From Candidatus Lloydbacteria bacterium CG22_combo_CG10-13_8_21_14_all_47_15 (GTDB lineage: Bacteria; Patescibacteriota; Minisyncoccia; Phycocordibacterales; 21-14-all-47-15): 53,390 nt of DNA. The position numbers were made by a program, and so were the translations under genes. Of the stretch, positions 37,355-46,420 are shown piece after piece; within the stretch, counting starts at the first letter, position 1, and each line of letters opens with the position of its first letter. The stretch spans positions 1 through 53,390 of the forward strand of contig PCTL01000021.1 of the NCBI GenBank assembly GCA_002771515.1, read 5' to 3'. The notes under the pieces are model-generated. The model made no database searches. It was not told the origin of the DNA and saw nothing but the letters and a program-made list of their open reading frames with translations.

Positions 37355-37838
37355 ATATATTCTTATGATAATCCTTTCCAAAGGATTTGTCCGATTTAAG
37401 TACTTTTCCCTCTTTCGCCTTTGCTCTTTGGTCCATCTCCGAATATATGCTCGCTTGCACATCAAGCCCCCAAGACAGGTCGTGAAGCTTGCTTTCAGAC
37501 AGCTTCGGCACATACGACGCGGCAACTTGTTCCTCGCGCGCTTTTGCGTTCAATTTTGGTTCTTCTTTCTTCCACACATACAACTTTGGCTGCAAAAAGT
37601 AACGAAACATATTTTCAAGCATGGAAATAAACGGCCTGTCGTTTACTTTGTAAAACGCGAGGGCGGTTGCGAACCCACCAATCAGCACAACCAATAAAAC
37701 CGCCACGATGCGAGGCACAAGCACCCATGCAACATACGACAACCCGATACCGCCTCCCAAATACAAAAACTGCTTAAATGTAAGCGGGCCGAAAATCTTG
37801 TCTTCAATTTCTATAAATTGCGGTACTTCGTATGGCAT
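37344..37838 (-). CDS. PrgI-family (VirB3-like) membrane protein
   Basis: MPYEVPQFIEIEDKIFGPLTFKQFLYLGGG followed by two TM helices is the typical PrgI-family N-terminus. It is positioned upstream of virB4. Confidence 0.7.
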   Translation of the reverse strand: MPYEVPQFIEIEDKIFGPLTFKQFLYLGGGIGLSYVAWVLVPRIVAVLLVVLIGGFATALAFYKVNDRPFISMLENMFRYFLQPKLYVWKKEEPKLNAKAREEQVAASYVPKLSESKLHDLSWGLDVQASIYSEMDQRAKAKEGKVLKSDKSFGKDYHKNIYGG

Positions 37839-37852
37839 GCATGATTTACTTG

Positions 37853-38512
37853 TTACTCAATCGGTTCGCGATACGGGTCCTGATTGGATATATACCCCGT
37901 TTGTTTACCTTTATCATCATCGCGCGCTTCTTCGTTTGTTTCCTGCGCAGGCATAGTGTCTCCGTTTGCGGTGCTGTCGCCAAATCCATAAGTACTCTCC
38001 TCTTTCGGTAATGTACGCGTACTGCCAAGCTTTTTGGAGATGATTGGTACTTCTGCGGATTTCTGCTGAATTTTTATTCTACTCTGTTCTTCCGCTATCT
38101 GTACTTTCTCCGCGGGCGCAATTGGAAGATTGTTTGGTGCTTTCGCGGTTCCTGCCGGCGATACAGTGGCTTTCCGCGCCTCATCTTCCGCAATAGAATG
38201 AACACGCTTCAGCGATTCGCGGATTTTTCGGAAAACCTGCTCATTCACCTCTTGCGCGACCTGCCGTACCGTTTGCTTGTCTACGGATTCAAACCGCTCA
38301 TACAGGTCCCGTATAAAATCGCCGGGCTTCAATATTCCGAGCATCACAAAATCAGTCGCCTCCATCAGTTCGCCGATCTGGTCAACATGCAATGCATGGT
38401 CCTGTCCGATACGCCGTACAATATTCTCGGTATCGGTGGCAAGAATCGCTTCCCGCACTTCTTGCGGAAGCGCGTTAAATTTTTTCTCAAGTTGTTCTTT
38501 TGTGTACTCCAT
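37853..38512 (-). CDS. Hypothetical protein (219 aa, no TM segment)
   Basis: It is tightly packed in the operon, 6 nt after the upstream gene. The N-terminal half is helical and the C-terminal half is low-complexity. Confidence 0.55.
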   Translation of the reverse strand: MEYTKEQLEKKFNALPQEVREAILATDTENIVRRIGQDHALHVDQIGELMEATDFVMLGILKPGDFIRDLYERFESVDKQTVRQVAQEVNEQVFRKIRESLKRVHSIAEDEARKATVSPAGTAKAPNNLPIAPAEKVQIAEEQSRIKIQQKSAEVPIISKKLGSTRTLPKEESTYGFGDSTANGDTMPAQETNEEARDDDKGKQTGYISNQDPYREPIE

Positions 38513-38517
38513 ATATA

Positions 38518-40275
38518 CTACGCGGTTTTATTGTCCTTGGTATCTGTTTTCTTTTGTGTTTTAACTTCCTGCCAATTTTGTGTCTGCCCAATGTTCTTAC
38601 TCCTGCGTTCAATTTCCTTATCTATCCGGTCCAATTCGTGGTCAAGCCGACTCAATTCCTTGTTCATTGCGTTCTGTTCCTCCGGTCGTATATCCTTGGT
38701 TTCCGCGACCAATTGCCGTATTTCATTGACATTTTTATTGACCCCCTCCCGTTCTGTTTTAAGCCGGCCAACCCTTTCTTGGTCACTTCTAAGTTTTTCT
38801 CGGTACTCTGTTAATGCCTCGCCGGCTTTACCTGCCGCGATGCCACCGGTAGCCGCAAGTGTTGTTTGATATGTTTGAAGCCTCTGCGCGCCACCGGCAC
38901 CCGCGGAAATTCGTTTGCCGAGAGCTATCTGGCTGTCTGTCTTTGTTTGAACAGATTGCTGATAGCCCTGCGCAGTCTTATCAAGTCCACGATACATCAA
39001 ACTGCCGATGCGCGGTGACTTTGTCGCAAGTCCTTGCATAATAGTGGAACCTGCCGCGGCAGACGCGGCGCGTCCGCCTGTAGCATGCCATACCCTGCCC
39101 ACTCCGCCCGCAACTTTTCCTTGCCCCCACCTCCGTGCTGATTGTCCCCACGCAATAGTGGTAGACGCGCCAGCCGCGCCAACCATCTTTGCGACTACCA
39201 ATATCCCTATCGCAAGCCCGATAAGGACCGCAAAGTTCAGAATGAGTGCGGACTGCTGTGTCCAGTTGGTCAAAGTATCGGCCCATGATTCTGTTTTTGC
39301 TTTGGCTAGAAGAGCGTTATTGTCGACATTTTGTATCATCGTTGCGTACGCGGCAAAAAGTATCATGTAGAACGGAGCGAAAAAGGCCTGTGAAAAAAGA
39401 GCGTGCCACCACTGATGTGCATATTTTTGTGTTTGTGGCAATATCATCGCGAGAAACCCGAGCGGTGCGAGTACCATCAATATCATAAGTACCACCGACC
39501 GAATGACAAACAAAATAGCCGCCGCTAGAAGCACAAACGCGACCACAAGCAAGAGAACGGACCCGAGAGAAGTAATTAAAATAATACTTGAAAGAGAGGC
39601 CTCAACATTGGATCCGAGCGTTGATGGATTGGTTACATCCCATACGCTTTCAATGCGGAGCCCTTCCACAAAGATGGCTCCAATATTTTTCGGCGTACCA
39701 GCCGCTGTGCCGGTAACGGTTATGGAATTGTAGAACTCAAGCGCAACAACATTTGACACATCAACGATTGCTCGCGTGATAACAAGACTAAAATTTACCA
39801 GAAGCGCGACAACGATGATGTTTGTGAGAAGTTTTTTGGTGTTAAATCCTTCAACCTGAAGAATGGTGGCAATGGCGATATAAAGAAGAATAAAGATAAA
39901 AAATAGATTCACGACATCGCGCAGTGTCCGCCATCCCACCCCCACGAAATCATTATTGTTCAGAAACCTATTATGAATAGCATTGTCCACCGCCCAGTTG
40001 AAAAGAATCCCAGCGCCGGTCACCGCCAAGCCAAATGTGCCCATGATTGTATTACCGACATCAGCTAAGGCATTGTCAATAAGCGTGCCAAGTTTATCTA
40101 TGCCTAAAAATTCGGCGAGAATACCGTTCCCAATTCCTCCTGTCCCACCCTCCGATTTATTGTTTTGAGCAAAAGAAACTTCAAACGGAGCGAGCAAAGC
40201 CACACACAAAACAACACACAGGAGAAGCCCCGCGACAGATTTCTTGTTTCTATGTGAAAAGAAGAAATAAGCCAT
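38518..40275 (-). CDS. VirB6/TrbL-like polytopic membrane protein with a C-terminal coiled-coil tail
   Basis: 585 aa with a signal or anchor and at least six TM helices. A Gly/Ala-rich cytoplasmic region and a charged coiled coil follow. This size and topology class usually accompanies VirB4 and VirB3. Confidence 0.6.
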   Translation of the reverse strand: MAYFFFSHRNKKSVAGLLLCVVLCVALLAPFEVSFAQNNKSEGGTGGIGNGILAEFLGIDKLGTLIDNALADVGNTIMGTFGLAVTGAGILFNWAVDNAIHNRFLNNNDFVGVGWRTLRDVVNLFFIFILLYIAIATILQVEGFNTKKLLTNIIVVALLVNFSLVITRAIVDVSNVVALEFYNSITVTGTAAGTPKNIGAIFVEGLRIESVWDVTNPSTLGSNVEASLSSIILITSLGSVLLLVVAFVLLAAAILFVIRSVVLMILMVLAPLGFLAMILPQTQKYAHQWWHALFSQAFFAPFYMILFAAYATMIQNVDNNALLAKAKTESWADTLTNWTQQSALILNFAVLIGLAIGILVVAKMVGAAGASTTIAWGQSARRWGQGKVAGGVGRVWHATGGRAASAAAGSTIMQGLATKSPRIGSLMYRGLDKTAQGYQQSVQTKTDSQIALGKRISAGAGGAQRLQTYQTTLAATGGIAAGKAGEALTEYREKLRSDQERVGRLKTEREGVNKNVNEIRQLVAETKDIRPEEQNAMNKELSRLDHELDRIDKEIERRSKNIGQTQNWQEVKTQKKTDTKDNKTA

Positions 40276-40318
40276 TCAAAATAGTTATCCATCCTGTATA
40301 CTGGCCTCTCAAGACCAC

Positions 40319-41272
40319 CTATCCGCCAAATGCTCGGAGACCGCCCTGAAAAATCCCAATAACGAGCTGTGTCAAAAGCGCGCCAATAATCTCATTTACT
40401 TCGTCGGCAATCGCAAGACGGCCTTTGGGCAAGTCAAGCGCCTGATTCAGCTGTTCTTCAATCGTAGCTCCGGGCAAGGTGATATTGCCACGATACGCGG
40501 TACACTGACCGGCGGTAAAGCTCGTACATATAAGTTTATCCGCGGTGGAGAAAAAGCCGTTGCTCCACTGCAATTTTGCCGCCTCACTCGTTAGAGCTGT
40601 TGACTGTCGTTTGTTCCGTTCGTCAAGCGCTGAAAGATACGCGCCGTATGGACTGCTCTGCCTGTTAACCGAAATATCCACAAGCCCTTCCCAGCCAAGG
40701 TTTTTAAAATCCTTGAACGCGAGTTCCGTGTTAGCAACAATGCCGGAGAGCGTACAGCGCGAGCGGATGAGATACGGGTCCGGAATCGTAAGCGATATAC
40801 GAAACCACGGCGCCCATCTTAAATTACAAAGCTCCGCCACGCCTAATGTTTCAATGAAAATACCGGTAGCCTGATCCGCGACCTCGGCGAAAAAGGATGA
40901 CGGGCTTTCCACGAATGCGGGCGACCCTTGAAAGCCGGTGTTAATCCAGCGTACAATATCCGAAACCATGAATTGAATGACGATGTTTAAGAGCACCCAC
41001 ATCAGGGTATCCTCTATACACTCTTTTGAAGTCAGTGTCAGTTGCGTAGAGCGGACAACAACATCTGATACCGGCACCTCTTGGAAGAGCCCGAAACCGC
41101 CAACCGCACTGCTAATAGCTGACAAACCGGCTAGGCCTGCTACCGCGCCGGCGGCTGAAGCGATACAGCCGCCAACCGCGTGCGCGCGTGGCACGCCTAT
41201 AAAAAATAACTGTGGCGCGATAATGAGCGCGATGAGAAATGTGGCAATAAGTTTTTTTGAATTGTCTCTCAT
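40319..41272 (-). CDS. Hypothetical secreted or membrane protein with conserved Cys residues
   Basis: Signal peptide ATFLIALIIAPQLFFIGVPRAHA. Several Cys residues are present, along with a C-terminal hydrophobic helix. Confidence 0.55.
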   Translation of the reverse strand: MRDNSKKLIATFLIALIIAPQLFFIGVPRAHAVGGCIASAAGAVAGLAGLSAISSAVGGFGLFQEVPVSDVVVRSTQLTLTSKECIEDTLMWVLLNIVIQFMVSDIVRWINTGFQGSPAFVESPSSFFAEVADQATGIFIETLGVAELCNLRWAPWFRISLTIPDPYLIRSRCTLSGIVANTELAFKDFKNLGWEGLVDISVNRQSSPYGAYLSALDERNKRQSTALTSEAAKLQWSNGFFSTADKLICTSFTAGQCTAYRGNITLPGATIEEQLNQALDLPKGRLAIADEVNEIIGALLTQLVIGIFQGGLRAFGG

Positions 41273-41281
41273 ACAATATGA

Positions 41282-42271
41282 TTATTGAGTTGTATAAATG
41301 CCTGTCGCCTCATCAAATACGACCCCATACGCCGGCAGGAGCGCATCAATCTCCTGAATTGCTGTGCCAAGTATTGCGCGCGCGTTTCCATAGAGCTGTA
41401 ATCCTGCAATTGTCTGTATCGGGTCAATAAAAGAATTTTGAAAATAACCGGCGGTATTTGAAAAAGTCATGAGCGCGTTCAACAATTCAATATGCTTTTC
41501 AAGAAACACCTGTGGCACAGAAAGTCCGGCAAGTGACTCCGCGGCAGTTTTATATTCCTCCTCAAGAATCGCAAATTTTTGCAGTTCGGACTTGCGTTCT
41601 GTCTGAAGTATATCTGTAAGCAATACCAATTCAGTTCCTGCGGAAGGCACTGATAAGAGCGCGGATAAGCGCGCAAACAGCGCATTCGCATAGACAAGCA
41701 CAGCCGTCTGCGTATTTGATGTCGGTGTAATGTCGGAGAGTGTATATGCCGGCGCGCCTTTCCCAAAAGCAAATACATCGTCGGCGACGGATGCAACGAG
41801 TTTTTTACCTGTCTCTTCAGAAAATTCTCCCGATTGACGGAGCACGAGATATGAAGAAAAAAGCTCCCGCGCGACTGACTCCGATATAGTGCTCGGTTGA
41901 TCCGTCGTGTCTCCGCCCGTCACGCCATACACTGTCGGAACGATCTTTGTCAGATCGTCGTCGGGACCAGCAACTAAAGGATGTCTGCCAGCGTTCAATT
42001 CGTCACCGTCTGTCGTGCCGTCGCCATCGGTGTCAGGATTATTGGGGTTTGTTTGCCAAAGCGTTTCCTCCCAATCGTAGAGCCCATCACCGTCTGTATC
42101 CAACTTCGCTATTTGCTGCGCGGAATACGCGTCAAGACCAGCATTTCTTTTTTCAAATGTCAGCGTTCCGATCTCCCCTCCATACCGCTCACCAACGAAT
42201 GCCGCAAAAGCGGCAACCCCGATGAGGATGAGGATAGCAACCACCGCTTTTTTGTTTTCCCGCGTGAGCAT
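41282..42271 (-). CDS. Hypothetical anchored protein with thrombospondin-type-3-like Ca-binding repeats
   Basis: N-terminal TM. DTDGDGLYDWEE...NPNNPDTDGDGTTDGDE are DxDxDG repeats. It is the first gene of the T4SS-like operon. Confidence 0.6.
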   Translation of the reverse strand: MLTRENKKAVVAILILIGVAAFAAFVGERYGGEIGTLTFEKRNAGLDAYSAQQIAKLDTDGDGLYDWEETLWQTNPNNPDTDGDGTTDGDELNAGRHPLVAGPDDDLTKIVPTVYGVTGGDTTDQPSTISESVARELFSSYLVLRQSGEFSEETGKKLVASVADDVFAFGKGAPAYTLSDITPTSNTQTAVLVYANALFARLSALLSVPSAGTELVLLTDILQTERKSELQKFAILEEEYKTAAESLAGLSVPQVFLEKHIELLNALMTFSNTAGYFQNSFIDPIQTIAGLQLYGNARAILGTAIQEIDALLPAYGVVFDEATGIYTTQ

Positions 42272-42316
42272 AAGTTTAGAAAAAATATATGCTGGTAAAA
42301 AATTATATACAAGTAA

Positions 42317-42325
42317 ATTATAGCA
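42317..42325 (-). promoter_or_regulatory. Candidate extended -10 promoter (TGcTATAAT on the minus strand) for the T4SS-like operon
   Basis: The plus-strand sequence ATTATAGCA lies about 46 nt upstream of the first operon gene. No good -35 element is present. Confidence 0.25.
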
Positions 42326-42373
42326 TTTTTAATGCTTAACGATTTTAGCCATATATAATAATGTGTGGATAAA

Positions 42374-43834
42374 TCATTGGTTATTTTTTATACTCGGAAC
42401 ACGAACCACGGCATATAGCACACCGCGCTCACCGAGTCCGGATTCAACCATTGTCTGACCGAACGGATTGATGATACTTGAAATTCCGCCTTTTACTGAA
42501 CGCAGGAGATATTTTCCGTTTTCAACAGCGCGTAACTTTGCAATACTATGGTTTTGTTTTGCGGCAAGTGGAGCATTAAAAACACTGTCATTGCTGATAT
42601 TCACGATAAATATACTGTCGCTTAAACTTGCAAGCCGTGGAAAAATCACCTCGGAGCAAATGAGCGGCGTGATAGGGCGCCCGCCAACGCTAACTTCTTG
42701 GGCGCCGACTCCTTTTCCCAATGGCTCTATGTGTGTTTCTTTTCCGGATTCAGAACTTTCTTCCGCAAGCGGCAGGAGTACCTGTTTGTTGTAAACGCCT
42801 TCCACAAGTCCGTCTTCCATCACAACCAAAGAATTGTAGCGCGTACCGTCGTCGTCCGTATGCATACCAATCACTAAAGAAACATCCGGATGTTCTTGTG
42901 ACAGCAGAGCGAGCCCGTCAAACCATTCTTTGATTACATAATCGGGATTATCGTACTGAAGCGGAAGTCGCGTATCGTGCCGAATAACGAAAAAAGGAAA
43001 CGCATTTTCCGGAACTACAATAACATCAGGATTGCCAGTCAACGCCTCGTCTATAAGCTCAAGATAGGCGGTATAGCCATTAATTCCGACACTCTCCTCC
43101 GTCTTTAAGTTTTGATTAATAACCGCCACCCGTAATTCAGTTTGCCGGTCTAACACACCAGCATGGACCACAACATATCCGTACAGCGATACACAGAATA
43201 TCACAGCGACAATCACGAATGCGGCGGCTATCCTTCTGCGTTTGTCTGTAAAAATGAAATAGAAAAGCATATTGGCAAACACCACAAGAAACCCAAGCCC
43301 ATAGATGCCGGCAAACTTCGCCACTTGTAGTATGTATACTTCGTTGTGGAGCGCGTAGCCAAGATGTCCCCATGTAAATCCAAGTACAAAAAATTCGCGG
43401 GCCCATTCCATCAAAGCCCACAGTATCGGAAAAATAAATACATCGCGCATCCTGCTGGTACTGAACTGTTTATACGCAGTAAAGAATAGCGCGAAAAAGA
43501 GACCGCCGCCAAATGCGGCGAGAAGAACCAAGAATACTTTGAGAAGCGAGTCTTTGTGAACCCAGAAAAAACTGTTCGTATCAATCCACCACCACGCGTT
43601 CAGAGACGCAAGCGGATAAAGTACGGCAATACCATATAGCGTCCCTGCAAACAGAGCTCCTACAAACACTTTTTTGCGCGTCGTACTCGACAGATTTACA
43701 AACAAAAAGAGCGGGACAAGTGCAATCCATACAAAAAAACCGGCGCTCATATACGGAAGCGAGAGCCAGAGAAGAAGCACGGATAGTACCGGCGCAAAAA
43801 AAATTGATTTTAAAAATTGATGTATGATATTCAT
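42374..43834 (-). CDS. lnt: Apolipoprotein N-acyltransferase
   Basis: An N-terminal polytopic region is followed by a CN-hydrolase domain. Candidate catalytic triad: Glu in VVPENAF, Lys in YNKQVLLPLAE, Cys in PLICSEVIFP. The start is preferred at ATG 43834. Confidence 0.8.
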   Translation of the reverse strand: MNIIHQFLKSIFFAPVLSVLLLWLSLPYMSAGFFVWIALVPLFLFVNLSSTTRKKVFVGALFAGTLYGIAVLYPLASLNAWWWIDTNSFFWVHKDSLLKVFLVLLAAFGGGLFFALFFTAYKQFSTSRMRDVFIFPILWALMEWAREFFVLGFTWGHLGYALHNEVYILQVAKFAGIYGLGFLVVFANMLFYFIFTDKRRRIAAAFVIVAVIFCVSLYGYVVVHAGVLDRQTELRVAVINQNLKTEESVGINGYTAYLELIDEALTGNPDVIVVPENAFPFFVIRHDTRLPLQYDNPDYVIKEWFDGLALLSQEHPDVSLVIGMHTDDDGTRYNSLVVMEDGLVEGVYNKQVLLPLAEESSESGKETHIEPLGKGVGAQEVSVGGRPITPLICSEVIFPRLASLSDSIFIVNISNDSVFNAPLAAKQNHSIAKLRAVENGKYLLRSVKGGISSIINPFGQTMVESGLGERGVLYAVVRVPSIKNNQ

Positions 43835-43927
43835 GACGATTGTGCCGCTCCGATATACACTCGTATAATACATTGTATATTTTTTGTGGTATACTGGAAG
43901 AAATATTATTTTGCTTAAGAAAGTTTT

Positions 43928-45175
43928 ATGAAACAAAGCAAGTTATTGCTCCCATTCCTCTATATGATGCTCGTCGGTTTATGGGGCGGGATTTCCATTT
44001 CCAACACACACGCGCAAACAGTAGAAGAATTGCAAGCGCAAATTCAATCACTCCTACAAACAATCTCATCTTTGCAGGCACAAATAAATATCATCGCGGA
44101 AAACAGCACGCCAAGCGGCGTATCTTTTGTATTCACAAGAGATCTCTCTATCGGCGACACAGGTGAAGATGTGCGGGCACTTCAAAAAATATTGAACCAG
44201 AAGTTGAGCCAGAGAACAAAAACGAGAGTCGCCGTAAGCGGTCCCGGATCACCCGGCAATGAGACTGATTTTTTTGGCACGCTAACGCAGAGCGCGGTCA
44301 TCCGCTTTCAAAACCTGTATGCGCAAGAAATACTTGCACCTGTTGGCATTAGTACCGGCACCGGTTTTGTCGGAGCTTCAACAAGAGCAAAGTTAAATAC
44401 ACTCGCAATACCAGCCGACACAAGCGAAACATCGGAAAACCCTGCGACCCCGCCAAAACTGCCTGTAGCGGAAGTCATACCGGCTATACCTGAACCGATT
44501 GCAGAAGTCATACCGGATGTCACAGAAATAATCCCGACGATACCTAAACCGGCTGCAGAAAGTATTACTGTATCGGCGGAATCATATCCGGATGTCAACA
44601 TTGGTGAAGTTGCAGTTAATTTTATCGCACCGACATTCGGCCCGCCAAATACGATAATCACTATTTTCGGAGAAGGATTTACACGGAAAAGCAATGTACT
44701 TCACATTGGAGACCGATATTTCATCAGAAACATATTATCTTCAAGCAGTACTGAACTTACATTTAATATGCCCAATGCCGTGCCTGCCGGTAAATATGCT
44801 TTATCCATAAGTAATGAATACGGCACAAGTAGCGCATATAAAACTTTTTTGGTTACAGACAAAGCTGTACAATCGCCAGTCATATCGGATGTCTCGCCAG
44901 CATCCGGACCATACGGTACGGAGGTGACTGTCATAGGCGATAATTTTTCATTGAAAGGTAACGATATTTACACAAGTTACGGTATCATAGAAAATATAGC
45001 GTCATCTGACGGAAAAACACTTTCATTTAAGATACTGCCGGCACCCGAGGTGCCCGAGCTACAGGTTGGCGTTGATTTAAACAAAGGAATAGAGTGGCCG
45101 ATTTGGTTTTATATAGTGAGCGAAGGTGGCGAAAGCGACGAAAGTAATCCCGGCTCGTTCATATTGCGCATATGA
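43928..45175 (+). CDS. Secreted protein with a peptidoglycan-binding domain (PG_binding_1-like) and IPT/TIG-like domains
   Basis: A signal peptide is present. GDTGEDVRALQKILNQ...FGTLTQSAVIRFQ is PG-binding-like. Two Ig-like modules follow (PTFGPPNTIITIFGEGF and VSPASGPYGTEVTVIGDNF). Confidence 0.7.
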   Translation: MKQSKLLLPFLYMMLVGLWGGISISNTHAQTVEELQAQIQSLLQTISSLQAQINIIAENSTPSGVSFVFTRDLSIGDTGEDVRALQKILNQKLSQRTKTRVAVSGPGSPGNETDFFGTLTQSAVIRFQNLYAQEILAPVGISTGTGFVGASTRAKLNTLAIPADTSETSENPATPPKLPVAEVIPAIPEPIAEVIPDVTEIIPTIPKPAAESITVSAESYPDVNIGEVAVNFIAPTFGPPNTIITIFGEGFTRKSNVLHIGDRYFIRNILSSSSTELTFNMPNAVPAGKYALSISNEYGTSSAYKTFLVTDKAVQSPVISDVSPASGPYGTEVTVIGDNFSLKGNDIYTSYGIIENIASSDGKTLSFKILPAPEVPELQVGVDLNKGIEWPIWFYIVSEGGESDESNPGSFILRI

Positions 45176-45594
45176 AAATTGATTTTAACATCAACTCCAT
45201 ACGACAAAAGATTCCGGCGCTTATTTTAACGATACTAATCCTAGGCGTTTTTGCGTTTATTGGTGACACAACGCCTCCCCGTACCATATCTGCAACGCCA
45301 GCCCACGCCGCCGCTCCAATCAGCCCATTCCTTCCATTCGGAGGTTTCGTGTTTAATGTTATCTACTGCACCTGCTCCGCCAATGCAGTATTACAGGTCG
45401 GTCCGCCTAGAGGAGGATTCTTCATATTCCAACCTGGATTTACAAGGGTCTATAGGTGGTTCCAGATTCCGCGTGCTGGTGTATGGGTGCTTGGAAATTA
45501 TATCCCCAGCGGCACATGTCTTATCTTTGCAGGCAAATCCTGCGTACCATTTCCCGCACAAGGAACTATTACCATCGTCGGTACCTCACTATAG
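45172..45594 (+). CDS. Hypothetical small secreted four-Cys protein
   Basis: ATGA overlap with the upstream gene. N-terminal TM or signal peptide. The mature part has CTC...C...C spacing and ends GTITIVGTS. Confidence 0.55.
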   Translation: MKIDFNINSIRQKIPALILTILILGVFAFIGDTTPPRTISATPAHAAAPISPFLPFGGFVFNVIYCTCSANAVLQVGPPRGGFFIFQPGFTRVYRWFQIPRAGVWVLGNYIPSGTCLIFAGKSCVPFPAQGTITIVGTSL

Positions 45595-46374
45595 CCGTTG
45601 ATACAGACATTTCCATGATGCAAGCGCAAGTTCTTCCGCCCTTGTTTTTTCATGTATTCCGCATACCGCAAACGCTTCCGCTATACTGTCTTTATCCGCA
45701 ACCATTTCAAGATTTCTTATGAAAAATTTTCGCTTATGCGCGAAACCTGCTCGCACAAGCGCAAAAAACTTTTCTTCATTTTTCACGACTCCGTAAAAAA
45801 ACTCCTTTGATATGTCGCTGATATGTAAAATTGCCGAATCAATTTTTGGCGGTGGAGAGAATTCGCGCGCTTTCACCGTCTGTATATACCGTGGAATACC
45901 GTATGCTTTGACACTCATTGAAAGAATGCTCTCCTTGCCATCGCGCGCCACAATCCGCTCGGCGACTTCTTTCTGTACAAGGAGCGTCATACTCTCCGGT
46001 TGGTTTTCAGACGATAAAAATTTTCGCAAGAACTCGCCGGTGATGTAGTACGGTATATTCGCAACGATTTTGTATTGAGAGTTTGGGAGCCCGAACTTTG
46101 CATGTTCCCCAAGAATATCGCCGGCGGAAAGCACCAAACGCCCTTCTGCAATTTCCGACGCGAACTTTTCTTTGAGAAACTCCGCGAGTGTTTCGTCCTT
46201 TTCAACTGCAATCACTTTCGCGCCGGCAGAGAGAAGTACCTCGGTCAAAACACCTTTCCCAGGACCCGCTTCAAGCACCGTATCGCCAGGCACAATACCT
46301 GCCTCCCGAACCATTGTACGGACCACGCCACGCGACTTCAAAAAATGCTGTCCGAGCGACTTCTTTGCTTTCAT
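45589..46374 (-). CDS. rsmA: 16S rRNA (adenine1518/1519-N6)-dimethyltransferase
   Basis: MKAKKSLGQHFL, the SAM motif VLEAGPGKGVLT and NIPYYIT. The start is at ATG 46374, not the track's 46578. Confidence 0.9.
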   Translation of the reverse strand: MKAKKSLGQHFLKSRGVVRTMVREAGIVPGDTVLEAGPGKGVLTEVLLSAGAKVIAVEKDETLAEFLKEKFASEIAEGRLVLSAGDILGEHAKFGLPNSQYKIVANIPYYITGEFLRKFLSSENQPESMTLLVQKEVAERIVARDGKESILSMSVKAYGIPRYIQTVKAREFSPPPKIDSAILHISDISKEFFYGVVKNEEKFFALVRAGFAHKRKFFIRNLEMVADKDSIAEAFAVCGIHEKTRAEELALASWKCLYQRL

Positions 46375-46420
46375 GTGGCACATGATACAATACAAACCAT
46401 TAAAATGGTAATTTTGTATT

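Noticed and set aside
32342-42271. Interpreting the VirB4 cluster as an integrated conjugative element.
   Set aside because: No integrase, relaxase, coupling protein, flanking direct repeats or adjacent tRNA is present. The flanks are core genes (yidC/jag and lnt).
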